14,811 bases of DNA from Myxococcales bacterium (GTDB taxonomy: Bacteria; Myxococcota_A; UBA9042), in NCBI GenBank assembly GCA_037441385.1, contig JBBISH010000141.1, positions 1-14,811 on the forward strand. Direction: 5' to 3'. Below are positions 7,017 to 14,811 of this stretch, piece by piece (the first letter of the stretch is position 1; every line of letters begins with the position of its first letter). The notes under the pieces are model-generated. The model did not search any database. It was not told the origin of the DNA and saw only the letters and a program-made list of their open reading frames with translations. The position numbers were made by a program, and so were the translations under genes.

Positions 7017-7796
7017 ATGCCCTGGTCCGGCGAGGCCGACTGGCGCGTGCTGGTCGTGGGCATGGTGACCGGCCTGGCCAGCGGCTTGTTCGGCAAGGGT
7101 GGCAGCGCTATGGCCACCACGATGCTGCAGCTGTCTGGCGTTCCGGCGATGTTCGCGGTCGCGTCGCCGCTGCCAGCCGCGATTCCCAGTACCATGGCGG
7201 CCAGTCTGGCGTATTGGCGGTCGCGCTTGCTCGTGGGGCCCGTGCTGGTGGCGACGTTGGCGGCCGGTGTGCCGGCGACGCTGCTGGGTGCGTGGTCGAG
7301 CCACTGGTTGGGCGGCAAGGCCCTGTTGCTGCTGAGCAATGCCCTGGTGGCCGGCTTGGGGGCAGCCACTCTGGCGCAGGCGCACCACGAGCCTTCCGAG
7401 GCCGATGCCCCCCTGGCCCAGCGCACTCTGCTCTGGCGCAGCCTGGTGGTGGGCGCGGGGGTGGGCTACCTATCCGGCCTTCTTGCCAATTCCGGCGGTG
7501 TGCTGCTGGCCCCGCTGTTTGTGCGGGTGTTGCGGCTGCCCCTGAAGGCTGCGTTTGCCACCTCGCTGCTCGCGTCGACGGCGCTGGCCTTGCCGGGGAC
7601 GGCGGTCCACGTGCACTTGGGGCACGTTAGCTGGCCGGTGGTGGCGCTCTTCGCGGCGGGGTCGATCCCGCTGGCCTATGTGGGCGCGCGCCTGGCAATT
7701 GGGATGCGCGTCGCGGTGCTAGAGCCCCTGTTCGGCGTGGCGCTGCTGGTCATGGGCGCGGTAGGCGGCTGGGCGGCGTGGACGAGCCCGCCCTGA
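7017..7796 (+). CDS. Sulfite exporter TauE/SafE (TSUP) family membrane protein
   Basis: About 260 aa and very hydrophobic, with two repeated halves carrying the TSUP glycine motifs GLASGLFGKGGS and GYLSGLLANSGGVLLAP, plus LPLKAAFATSL and GHVSW. GGAG lies 6 nt upstream of the ATG at 7017; stop TGA at 7794-7796. Confidence 0.88.
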   Translation: MPWSGEADWRVLVVGMVTGLASGLFGKGGSAMATTMLQLSGVPAMFAVASPLPAAIPSTMAASLAYWRSRLLVGPVLVATLAAGVPATLLGAWSSHWLGGKALLLLSNALVAGLGAATLAQAHHEPSEADAPLAQRTLLWRSLVVGAGVGYLSGLLANSGGVLLAPLFVRVLRLPLKAAFATSLLASTALALPGTAVHVHLGHVSWPVVALFAAGSIPLAYVGARLAIGMRVAVLEPLFGVALLVMGAVGGWAAWTSPP

Positions 7797-7817
7797 GGCC
7801 GCAAGGAACCTCCCTGG

Positions 7818-9671
7818 CTACAAGGGAAACATCGGCTGGGCGTGCTGCCGCCGGACGCGTGCGACCTGTTCGGCCCACTCGCCCTTGAGGTGCGGCTGCA
7901 GGCGCACGTCGGCCGCCGCCAGCAGGGCCACGGTCTGCGCGCGCAGCTCGGGACCGGCCAGTTCCCAGGCCTCGGGCGTCATCTTGCCCTTTTCGCCGCC
8001 TTCGACGCGGATCGCCGGGTTGGCCACCGCCAGGTCCTTGAGCACCCGCACCAAGTTGTCGCGGGCGCGCTGCACCACTTGCTGGTAAATCTGAGCATGA
8101 ATCGCATCTTGCGGTGCGTGCACCGTGACGCGGGTGTGCAGGTTGGTCGAGCGCGGATTCAGATGCCCATAGCGCGTCAGCGTCACTTGTACGCCGACCG
8201 ATTTGCCCAACTCGGCGAGATCGCGGACCCGCATCTCATAGGCGTAGTAAGGCTGCAGAATCAAACGGAAGGCTGCCCGCAGCGCCTCGACATCCATCGC
8301 CCGCGCGGCCTGGGCATCCACGTAGCAGTTGATGTCCGTCGACTCGGAAAACGGCTTGGCCTGGCCGGGTTCGCGGCGCTTGGCGTGCTGGCGGGCCATG
8401 TCGGCAAACGACTCGCGCAACAGGCGCATCTCTTCAAAACTGCGCTCGTCGTCGATGGTTTTGATGCCGGCGGCGTGGACGAAGCGCTCTTTGTGCTCCG
8501 AATAGTCCAGCAGGCGAGCCAGCGGGCTGGCGACATCGCCCAAGAACTCGTCCAGATCGGCAAAATCGGCGTTGCCGGTCAGGTAGATGGCAAAGTCGCT
8601 GCTGGGCACCGGCGGCCCGCCGCGGTCGCGCGCCTGCATCAGCTGCAGGATCTTCTGCGCGGCGATGCGGTTGGGCCCGGCGGGCAGGGTCGTGTTCGCC
8701 ACCAGTTCCAGGGTCTCGCGGGCAAACACCTCGGCGCCGTCGATCAGGCCGTGCTGCCAATCCGAGCAAAGCTGGCCGTCGCGCAAATGCAGCGTGGTCG
8801 CGTCGCGCAAAAGCGCCAGCACGGCGGCCACTTGCTCGATCCAGCTGCCGTCGGCGCTGCGGGTCAGGGGGACAAAGAAGCCAAAGCGGTGCTTGGGTCG
8901 GCGGAACACCCGCAGCTCCAGGTCGACCAGCGCGCCCGTCATGCCCCACAGGCCCTGGTGTCCGGCCAATTCGCTTGGAGTCGCCAGGCGCTGCAGCCTC
9001 TCGCCGGTGCAAAGGGTCGCTGCGCGCGCCACCTCGGCCACGCGCAGTCGCGACGGACCTTGGGCACCTGTCGCGTAGACCGCACCGGCGTGCGCGATGT
9101 CGGTCGTGGTCAGGTCGATCGGTACGCAGAAATCCCACTTGGGATCGTCGCCCAGCTCTTGCCGCAGCAGCGCGTTGATCTGCGTGAACGTGGTGCCGGC
9201 GCCAGCGCGGACGACGTGGCGACCCAGACCTTCAAGATCACGGAGCAATTGCAGCTGGTTGCTCAGCATTGGCTCGCTCACGGCCCGATCGGTCACTTGG
9301 GGCACGGGCTCGCCCGGCGCGGCGTTCAAGGTCAGGGGTTGGATGCCGATGACCGGCTCGGGGCTGGCCAATTCCGGGCGCTGGCGCAGGGCCCGGCCAA
9401 AATTGTTGGTGGCGCTGGTCTGGGCGCCGATCAGCATCACACTGCCGCCCTGGGCAAAGGCCGTGCGCATCGCGGCGGGCAAGTCGGCGCTGCGCCACAC
9501 CCAGGTGGTGGGGATGAGCGTGCCGGCATTGTCGCGCAGCACCTCGTCCAGGCGCGTCAGGGGCGCGGCGGTTGCGCCGGGGTCAAGGTTCGAAGCAGGC
9601 TGGTTCAAGTTCACCTGGGCGGGCCGCAGCCCCAGCAGCGGGAAGTGGGCGCCCGCGCGGCGAATTGGCAC
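7818..9671 (-). CDS. FAD-binding oxidoreductase, VAO/D-2-hydroxyacid dehydrogenase (FAD_binding_4 + FAD-oxidase_C) superfamily, divergent
   Basis: Degenerate family motifs appear in the correct order: IGAQTS (GGGTS), VRAGAGTT, PIDLTT..AHAGAVYATGAQG (TIGGNxATNAGG), GLWGMTGALVDLELRV (GSEGTLGIIT), YGHL..TNLH and GEKG (EHG). The start is uncertain (9671, 9614 or 9608); stop TAG at 7818-7820. Confidence 0.72.
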   Translation of the reverse strand: MPIRRAGAHFPLLGLRPAQVNLNQPASNLDPGATAAPLTRLDEVLRDNAGTLIPTTWVWRSADLPAAMRTAFAQGGSVMLIGAQTSATNNFGRALRQRPELASPEPVIGIQPLTLNAAPGEPVPQVTDRAVSEPMLSNQLQLLRDLEGLGRHVVRAGAGTTFTQINALLRQELGDDPKWDFCVPIDLTTTDIAHAGAVYATGAQGPSRLRVAEVARAATLCTGERLQRLATPSELAGHQGLWGMTGALVDLELRVFRRPKHRFGFFVPLTRSADGSWIEQVAAVLALLRDATTLHLRDGQLCSDWQHGLIDGAEVFARETLELVANTTLPAGPNRIAAQKILQLMQARDRGGPPVPSSDFAIYLTGNADFADLDEFLGDVASPLARLLDYSEHKERFVHAAGIKTIDDERSFEEMRLLRESFADMARQHAKRREPGQAKPFSESTDINCYVDAQAARAMDVEALRAAFRLILQPYYAYEMRVRDLAELGKSVGVQVTLTRYGHLNPRSTNLHTRVTVHAPQDAIHAQIYQQVVQRARDNLVRVLKDLAVANPAIRVEGGEKGKMTPEAWELAGPELRAQTVALLAAADVRLQPHLKGEWAEQVARVRRQHAQPMFPL

Positions 9672-9751
9672 AAACTTCTTGGGCCGTCAATGCGTCGCGC
9701 CACGCACGGCCTGGCCGGCGCGACCGGCCGCTCGCCGTTGACCGGCCTTGC

Positions 9752-10675
9752 CTAGTCGCCGCTGCCCCTTTGCCAAAACGGCGCGCCCAGCCCGGTCAGC
9801 CGCGACACCGCATCCTCGCCTAGCACCGTAAAAATCGCTGGATCCGTGGGCGGCAGGGCCGCCAAGAGGCCGCCATCGACCGGCCCCGTCAGCTCCAGCG
9901 CCACCAGCGGCGTGGTAAAGCTGCGCTGCAGCGGGAAGTACAGCTGGGCGATGCGCGCGCTCTGCACCGCCGCCACGTCCGGCAGGATGCGGCGCAAGCG
10001 CCCCACCAGCCTCAGGATCCGCCAGTCCACGGCGTTGCGGCCCGCCTTGTCGGTTTGGAGTTGATCGGCGCCGTGCTCCAGCAGCCACTGCTCAGCGCGG
10101 TCGCAGCCAAAGGCGATCGCCACATGCAGCGCGGTGCGGCCGCTCTTGGGGTGGCCCTTGTTCACGTTGGCGCCGTTGTCCAGCAAGACCGACAGCTCGT
10201 TGATTTGCTGGTCGACTTCCGCCGCGTCGGCGCCGGGCAAGGCGAACAGCTCGGCGCCGTCCAGGTAGCTGGCATCCTGCAGAAAATGCAGGCGATTGGG
10301 GTGCCAACCCGCAGCCGCTGCCCACCAGTCCGGCTCGAACAGCGCGTCAAACCGCGATAGCAGGCCCGTCAGGTCGCCGGTGTCGTCGTACCCGTCGAAC
10401 TCGCGGATCGCCCAGAGCGCCACGCTGCTGCCCAGCGGAAAATGGCCGTCGCCGGTGGCTGTGGATCGCACCCGCTCGAGCAAGATGTGCTGCAACCACT
10501 GGCCGGGGCTCATGGTCCGGCTGCCAAAAGCGCCAGGATTCTCAAATACTTCCGCTGGCAAGGGCTCGCTGGACCACCAGCCCAGGCGCTTCAGCTCGGC
10601 CTCGATGGCGTTGGCCAGAGCCAGGGCCGGTTCGGAAAGAGCGCGATCGCGATTGCTTTGGGTCGGAGCGGACAT
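9752..10675 (-). CDS. YqcC (DUF446)-family domain fused to ankyrin repeats and an SseB_C-like C-terminal domain
   Basis: AGGAG lies 7 nt before the ATG at 10675. The N-terminal IEAELKRLGWW..PLP..AFGSRTMSPGQWLQHILL resembles YqcC. LLDNGANVNKGHPKSGRTALHVAIAFGC..WLLEHGAD...DKAGRNAVDW is ankyrin. The C-terminal VQSARIAQL..PLVALEL..DAVSRL..APFWQR resembles SseB_C, judged by eye. Confidence 0.8.
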   Translation of the reverse strand: MSAPTQSNRDRALSEPALALANAIEAELKRLGWWSSEPLPAEVFENPGAFGSRTMSPGQWLQHILLERVRSTATGDGHFPLGSSVALWAIREFDGYDDTGDLTGLLSRFDALFEPDWWAAAAGWHPNRLHFLQDASYLDGAELFALPGADAAEVDQQINELSVLLDNGANVNKGHPKSGRTALHVAIAFGCDRAEQWLLEHGADQLQTDKAGRNAVDWRILRLVGRLRRILPDVAAVQSARIAQLYFPLQRSFTTPLVALELTGPVDGGLLAALPPTDPAIFTVLGEDAVSRLTGLGAPFWQRGSGD

Positions 10676-10712
10676 GCGAGGTCTCCTGTTGGGCAGGCGC
10701 GCGATTGGCGCC

Positions 10713-12998
10713 TCAAGGTCGGGGTGGCCAGGCCAGAGGCGCGGCCGCGGCGCACGCTTGGCCATCGCTTTGCACGGCGCGCAGTTGCAGCACGCTCGCT
10801 GGCTGCGGGCTGGACGCGGTCGGCAGATCGAAGCGCTGCACCACCGTGGCGCCCGCGGGCCAACCAGGCGGCGGTAGCAGGCGACCCGCGTCGCCTGGTT
10901 CCAGTAGCTGCGGCGGATGGTTCCCGACCTGCAGGCGCAGTTCCAGGCGGCCCGCGGCGGTTCCCGGAGTCAGGGCGCGGACATACAGCGCCACGTGACC
11001 TGGCTCGGTCCCCACCGCCAGCCAGCGCAGCCCACACCCCAGCGTCGCGTCAACCCGCACTGTTGCGTTGGGTATCTTCTCCACCACTTGCGCGTGCAAC
11101 GCCGCGTTCTGCCGATCCCAGGTCGCCGTCACCTGATCGCGCCACGTGGCCAGGCCCTGCAGAGCCGCCTGCCGCTCGCCCGCCGGGATTCGCTCGGCGA
11201 TGTCGCGGGTCTCGCTGGGATCCGAAGCCAGGTCATAGACTTCAGGCTCGCGGCGCTGCAGGTGATCGATGAGCTTGTGCCCGCCGCTCAGCCAGATGCG
11301 CGCCTTGTCGCGTGGCCACACCGCCGCCTGCAGGTTGGGGTGGCCTTCTGGCCGCAGCAGCGACCGCCCCGGCCGCTCCCCACTCAGCACGGCAATCCCC
11401 AGCAGATCCAAGATCGTGGGTGCCACATCCAGGTTCTGCCGCAGCCCCTCCGCCCGCGTGCCCGGCGCCACTCCCGGCCCGGCCAGCACCAGCGGGATGC
11501 GCAAGGCCTCGTCAAAGGGGACCTCGTCGTGCTGCGCCTGGCCGTGCTCGCCAAAAGCCTCGCCGTGATCGCCCAGCACCACCACCAGCGTGTCGTCGCC
11601 ATGCCCTTGCTGCTTCAGCCCGTCCAGGATCTGCCCCAGCGCCGCGTCAGTCGTCTGCAGCGCGGCGAGGTAGTCGCCAAAACTACCCGAAGCCAGGCGC
11701 GGTTGCGCGTGCTCGCCGGGCAGTTGATACGGGTGGTGAGCGTTCAGCGTAAGCAAGGTGGCCAAGAACGGCCCGCGCTGGCGCGCCGTCCACTCCAGCA
11801 GTACACCGGGCAACACCGCGTCTTCCAAGCCAAAATAGTTGACTTCGGCCTTGCCCGCGCGGTGGCTGGCAAACTCTGGGCTGGCCAGTTCCTCGCCGGT
11901 TAGCACGGTCTGGTAGCCCATTTGCTGCACCAGCTGGCGATTGTTTTCGAACCGACCCGACGCAGCCGTCAGGAACAGGCTGGAATAGCCTTGAGTACCA
12001 AGTACGTCTGCAAGGCAGGCTGCCGGCAGCGCGCCCCACTGGGTCTCGCTGAATTCGTGGTCGGGCCGCGGCGGATAGCCGCACAGTGTCGCGATCAGGG
12101 CCTTGGTCGTGTGCGGGATGACCGTGTACGCGTGCGGGGCGTGCAAACCACCAGCCGCCAACGCCGCCAACCGGGGCGTGGTCGGCCAATCGGGGCGGTC
12201 CAGCGTGGTGGCACTGGCGCGCGTCGACTCCAGCAGCACCACCAGCACGTTGAAGCGGCGCTTGGGGTCCTGCGGGCTGACTTGCCAGGCCCAGCGCGGT
12301 GCAGCGTCGGTGGGCAAAGTCGCGGGCGGGTCGCGGGCCAGCGCTGCGGTTATCCACGTCCATTGCAGTGCGTGATCCAAGGGTTGCAGGATCGGCGGCA
12401 GACCCACCGGTTGCCGCACGGCGCGCGGGGCGAGTGGCGCCAGCAGCGCCAAGCTGACCGCCGTCGCCCACAGCCACGCCGGCCGAGCAAGGCGCACGAG
12501 CAAGTTGCGCGACCACAGCGGCGCCAGGCTTGCTGCCGGAAGTAGCAGCAACAGCGCAGACTTGCCCCATGTGACCTCGCTGCCGATCACTTGACCCAGC
12601 ATCGTCACATGCCGCACGCCGTAGTTGAACTGGTCCCAATCCAGCTGGTCGCCCGTGGTGAGGTAGTACACGAGATCCAGGGCCGCCACCGCGGCCGCCA
12701 TCCAAGTCGCCAGGTGCATCACGGCCTTGGCGCTGCGCGGCGTGCGCGCTTGGCCGACGACCAAGGCGCTCCCCAGCAGTCCGGCCAGCGCCAGCCACAG
12801 CGCCCCATCGGGCAGAAGCACAGCCAAGTAGCGGGGTTGCCAGGGCAGATGCGCCCGTTCGAGCAGCCGCTGGGCCCGCCAGGCCTTGGTGCCTGCGGTG
12901 GTGGCCAGGGCGGGCAGCAAGCTCAGGCCCGCGTAGGCCACGCCCTCTGACCAGGCCGACCCGATCAGGCGCTTTGCGGGTTTTGTGTTCGGATTCAC
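10713..12998 (-). CDS. Membrane-anchored sulfatase-superfamily enzyme, LTA synthase (LtaS)-like
   Basis: About five N-terminal hydrophobic segments precede an alkaline-phosphatase-superfamily domain: NVLVVLLESTR, PHTTKAL (Thr at the nucleophile position), NAHHPY, GDHGEAFGEHG, DEALRIPL, NLDVAPTILDLLG, YDLASDPSETRD. GTG at 12998 is preferred over ATG at 13037, which falls inside the putative -10 box; stop TGA at 10713-10715. Confidence 0.88.
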   Translation of the reverse strand: MNPNTKPAKRLIGSAWSEGVAYAGLSLLPALATTAGTKAWRAQRLLERAHLPWQPRYLAVLLPDGALWLALAGLLGSALVVGQARTPRSAKAVMHLATWMAAAVAALDLVYYLTTGDQLDWDQFNYGVRHVTMLGQVIGSEVTWGKSALLLLLPAASLAPLWSRNLLVRLARPAWLWATAVSLALLAPLAPRAVRQPVGLPPILQPLDHALQWTWITAALARDPPATLPTDAAPRWAWQVSPQDPKRRFNVLVVLLESTRASATTLDRPDWPTTPRLAALAAGGLHAPHAYTVIPHTTKALIATLCGYPPRPDHEFSETQWGALPAACLADVLGTQGYSSLFLTAASGRFENNRQLVQQMGYQTVLTGEELASPEFASHRAGKAEVNYFGLEDAVLPGVLLEWTARQRGPFLATLLTLNAHHPYQLPGEHAQPRLASGSFGDYLAALQTTDAALGQILDGLKQQGHGDDTLVVVLGDHGEAFGEHGQAQHDEVPFDEALRIPLVLAGPGVAPGTRAEGLRQNLDVAPTILDLLGIAVLSGERPGRSLLRPEGHPNLQAAVWPRDKARIWLSGGHKLIDHLQRREPEVYDLASDPSETRDIAERIPAGERQAALQGLATWRDQVTATWDRQNAALHAQVVEKIPNATVRVDATLGCGLRWLAVGTEPGHVALYVRALTPGTAAGRLELRLQVGNHPPQLLEPGDAGRLLPPPGWPAGATVVQRFDLPTASSPQPASVLQLRAVQSDGQACAAAAPLAWPPRP

Positions 12999-13032
12999 AA
13001 CCTTGTCTGCTCGCTGCGGCCTTGGCCCGGCC

Positions 13033-13117
13033 AGCATGGGGCAGCCGCTGGGTCGGCGTCAAGGCCACTGCGTTGGCCGGTTCGCGCCTTGACCGCGTCC
13101 GCGGGCCAGCGTACGGT
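13033..13117. promoter_or_regulatory. Back-to-back divergent sigma70-like promoters
   Basis: Plus strand: TTGACC (13089-13094), N17, TACGGT (13112-13117). Minus strand: TTGACG (13062-13057), N18, CATGCT (13038-13033). The two -35 regions form an 8-bp inverted repeat gtcaaggc (13058-13065) / gccttgac (13086-13093). Confidence 0.5.
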
Positions 13118-13152
13118 CCCCTGCAGACCCGCACTGCGGCCTGGCGCGCCCG

Positions 13153-14700
13153 ATGTCAACTGGTTCCGACGTACTGCAAAAACCATTGCCGAAGTGGCTC
13201 TTTCCGGCCGCTCTGTGGCTGTTGGTTGCGGGCGAGCTGGCGCCTCTGTGGCTGTCGGCCGCGCCGCCGCTGCAGGACTATCCGCAGCACCTGTTCAACG
13301 TGGCCGTGCTGCTGGACCCGCCCGGCGGGCCACTAGGGCAGTACTACCTTGCCCAATGGCACCTTGGACCCTACACCAGCGTCTATGCCGTGATCGCGCT
13401 GCTGGCGCAGGTCGTCGGCCTCCAAACGGCCGGGCGCCTGACTTTGTCGCTGGTTGGGCTGGCGACGGGGTTGGCCATCCTGGCGCTGGATCGGCACCTG
13501 CGCCGCGAGAATCCGGACTCGCCGCGTCGCTATGGCCTGCTTTTGTGGCTGCCGCTGAGCTTTGCGCAGTGCTGGTTCTTGGGCCTGGTCAATTGGTGTC
13601 TGGCCGTGCCGCTCGCGACCTGGGCCCTGGTGCAGCACGCGGAGCTGCGGGTTGCCCCGGCCCGGTTCGGGCCGCTCGCGCGCCATGCGACGCTGGTGCT
13701 GCTGGTCAATTTAACTCATCCTTTTGCCGGTTTGGCCTATGGTGGCTTGGCCCTGGTGGCCTCACTTTGGCCGATCGCCGGGGCCAAGGTGCGCCGCCGT
13801 GGGCTACTGCAGGCCGTCGCCGCGCTGGCTGTGACGCTGGTGCTGTTGGCCGCCGCCGGGCTGGGTGGGCCGGCCGTGACGCACGAATTCATTCCGCCCA
13901 ACTGGGCTTTTGCCGCGGTATTCGCCGTGATGCCCGCCTTGGGCATGCTGGGCGCGCGCGGTTTGGACTGGCCGCTGTTGCTGCTGTGGCTGGCCACGAT
14001 CGCCTTGCTGGTGTGGACCTGGCGCCGCGACCCACTGGTGCCTTGGTCGGCCCGGCTGCGCCAGCACGGGTGGTGGGTGGTGCTGGCCGCCAGTCTGGTC
14101 GGGTACTTGGTGCTGCCTCAGGCCGATGTGGGGATCCAGTACTTCTACCTGAATCTGCGCCTGATTGCACTGATTTACGCGCTGCTGGCGGTGTTGGCCG
14201 GGCACTTGGCTTTGGCCCCCCGACCGGCCCTCGCCCTGTTGGCGCTGCTGGTTGGGATCGTGGGGCTGGGCGCGGCCAAACAGGGGCGTGTGGGCGACGA
14301 GATTGGCCAAGTGCTGCCCCTGGTGGAGCACTTGCCGCCTGAATCCAAGCTGCTGCCGCTCACGGCGGACCCGACCTCGCCCGAGCTGCAACCGCAGATG
14401 TTCCAACCGCACATCCACGCTGGCTACTACCACCCCATCGTCCACCGGGCGGGCTTTGTGCCCTACGGCTTTTCCACGGCGCTGAATCCCGTGCACTTGC
14501 GGCCCGGTGCAGAGCGCCCCGCGCCCCCGCAAACGCAGCCGGGGAAATTCCGCAGCACCGAGCATTGGGCCGACTATGACCACGCCTTGGTTCGCGCGCC
14601 CAATCCCAAACTTCTGCAACGATTGCTTAAGCATGCGCAGGTTGTTGGCCAGTCTGGTCCGTGGCTGTTGTTGCGGCGCACGGCCGCAAATGCACTGTAA
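13153..14700 (+). CDS. Polytopic membrane protein, possibly GT-C-fold glycosyltransferase
   Basis: 515 aa with roughly 11-12 hydrophobic segments and a soluble C-terminal domain. An Asp-containing loop motif PPLQDYPQHL follows the first TM helix, and GLVNW and LTHPF occur later. ATG at 13153, TAA at 14698-14700. The GT-C call is inferred from topology only. Confidence 0.7.
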   Translation: MSTGSDVLQKPLPKWLFPAALWLLVAGELAPLWLSAAPPLQDYPQHLFNVAVLLDPPGGPLGQYYLAQWHLGPYTSVYAVIALLAQVVGLQTAGRLTLSLVGLATGLAILALDRHLRRENPDSPRRYGLLLWLPLSFAQCWFLGLVNWCLAVPLATWALVQHAELRVAPARFGPLARHATLVLLVNLTHPFAGLAYGGLALVASLWPIAGAKVRRRGLLQAVAALAVTLVLLAAAGLGGPAVTHEFIPPNWAFAAVFAVMPALGMLGARGLDWPLLLLWLATIALLVWTWRRDPLVPWSARLRQHGWWVVLAASLVGYLVLPQADVGIQYFYLNLRLIALIYALLAVLAGHLALAPRPALALLALLVGIVGLGAAKQGRVGDEIGQVLPLVEHLPPESKLLPLTADPTSPELQPQMFQPHIHAGYYHPIVHRAGFVPYGFSTALNPVHLRPGAERPAPPQTQPGKFRSTEHWADYDHALVRAPNPKLLQRLLKHAQVVGQSGPWLLLRRTAANAL

Positions 14701-14703
14701 TGT

Positions 14704-14719
14704 GAACCCCACCTGATTC
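14704..14719 (+). repeat. Isolated copy of the palindrome motif GAACCCCACCTGATTC
   Basis: Exact 16/16 reverse complement of 3353-3368 (gaatcaggtggggttc), located 3 nt after the stop codon of the 13153-14700 gene. Confidence 0.85.
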
Positions 14720-14811
14720 CTGCCTTACCGGATGGCTACTAGTGCCGTAAATGCCGTGGAAACCTGTGCGATCCTTGGTACTTGGCCCTCACCCCGCCGC
14801 CTTCGGCGTCT

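Noticed and set aside
10713..12998. True arylsulfatase
   Set aside because: It lacks the C/S-x-P-x-R formylglycine signature; it has a Thr nucleophile and an N-terminal membrane domain like LtaS-type enzymes.
14697..14719. IS66- or IS3-like terminal inverted repeat (GTAA.../TG...)
   Set aside because: No transposase is in view, and the GTAA/TGT start is not shared with the copies at 3353-3447, which match only from GAACCCC onward.

Overview
This is a GC-rich bacterial window; the gene content suggests Myxococcota/Deltaproteobacteria, which is an inference. It opens with the 5'-truncated gene for a large MtrC/OmcA-family decaheme c-type cytochrome. That protein has 10 CxxCH motifs in a 5+5 layout, a repetitive Cys/collagen-like N-terminal stalk and 16 extra non-heme cysteines. 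A ~570 bp gene-poor stretch follows. It holds a 13-bp hairpin and a ~200 bp ungapped imperfect palindrome centred on base 3373. The palindrome is built from four alternating copies of a 14-16 bp motif (GAACCCCACCTGATTC) and carries six mirror-symmetric GANTC sites. A perfect 16-bp fifth copy of the motif recurs at 14704-14719. The remaining genes are a small putative membrane protein, a P2A-type (Ca2+-like) ATPase divergent from a TauE/SafE (TSUP) transporter, and a divergent FAD-linked oxidase with EHG changed to EKG. There is also an apparent YqcC-ankyrin-SseB_C fusion protein. Finally, an LtaS/sulfatase-family membrane enzyme is transcribed divergently from a polytopic, possibly GT-C, membrane protein. 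No rRNA, tRNA, CRISPR array, transposase or integrase was recognised.
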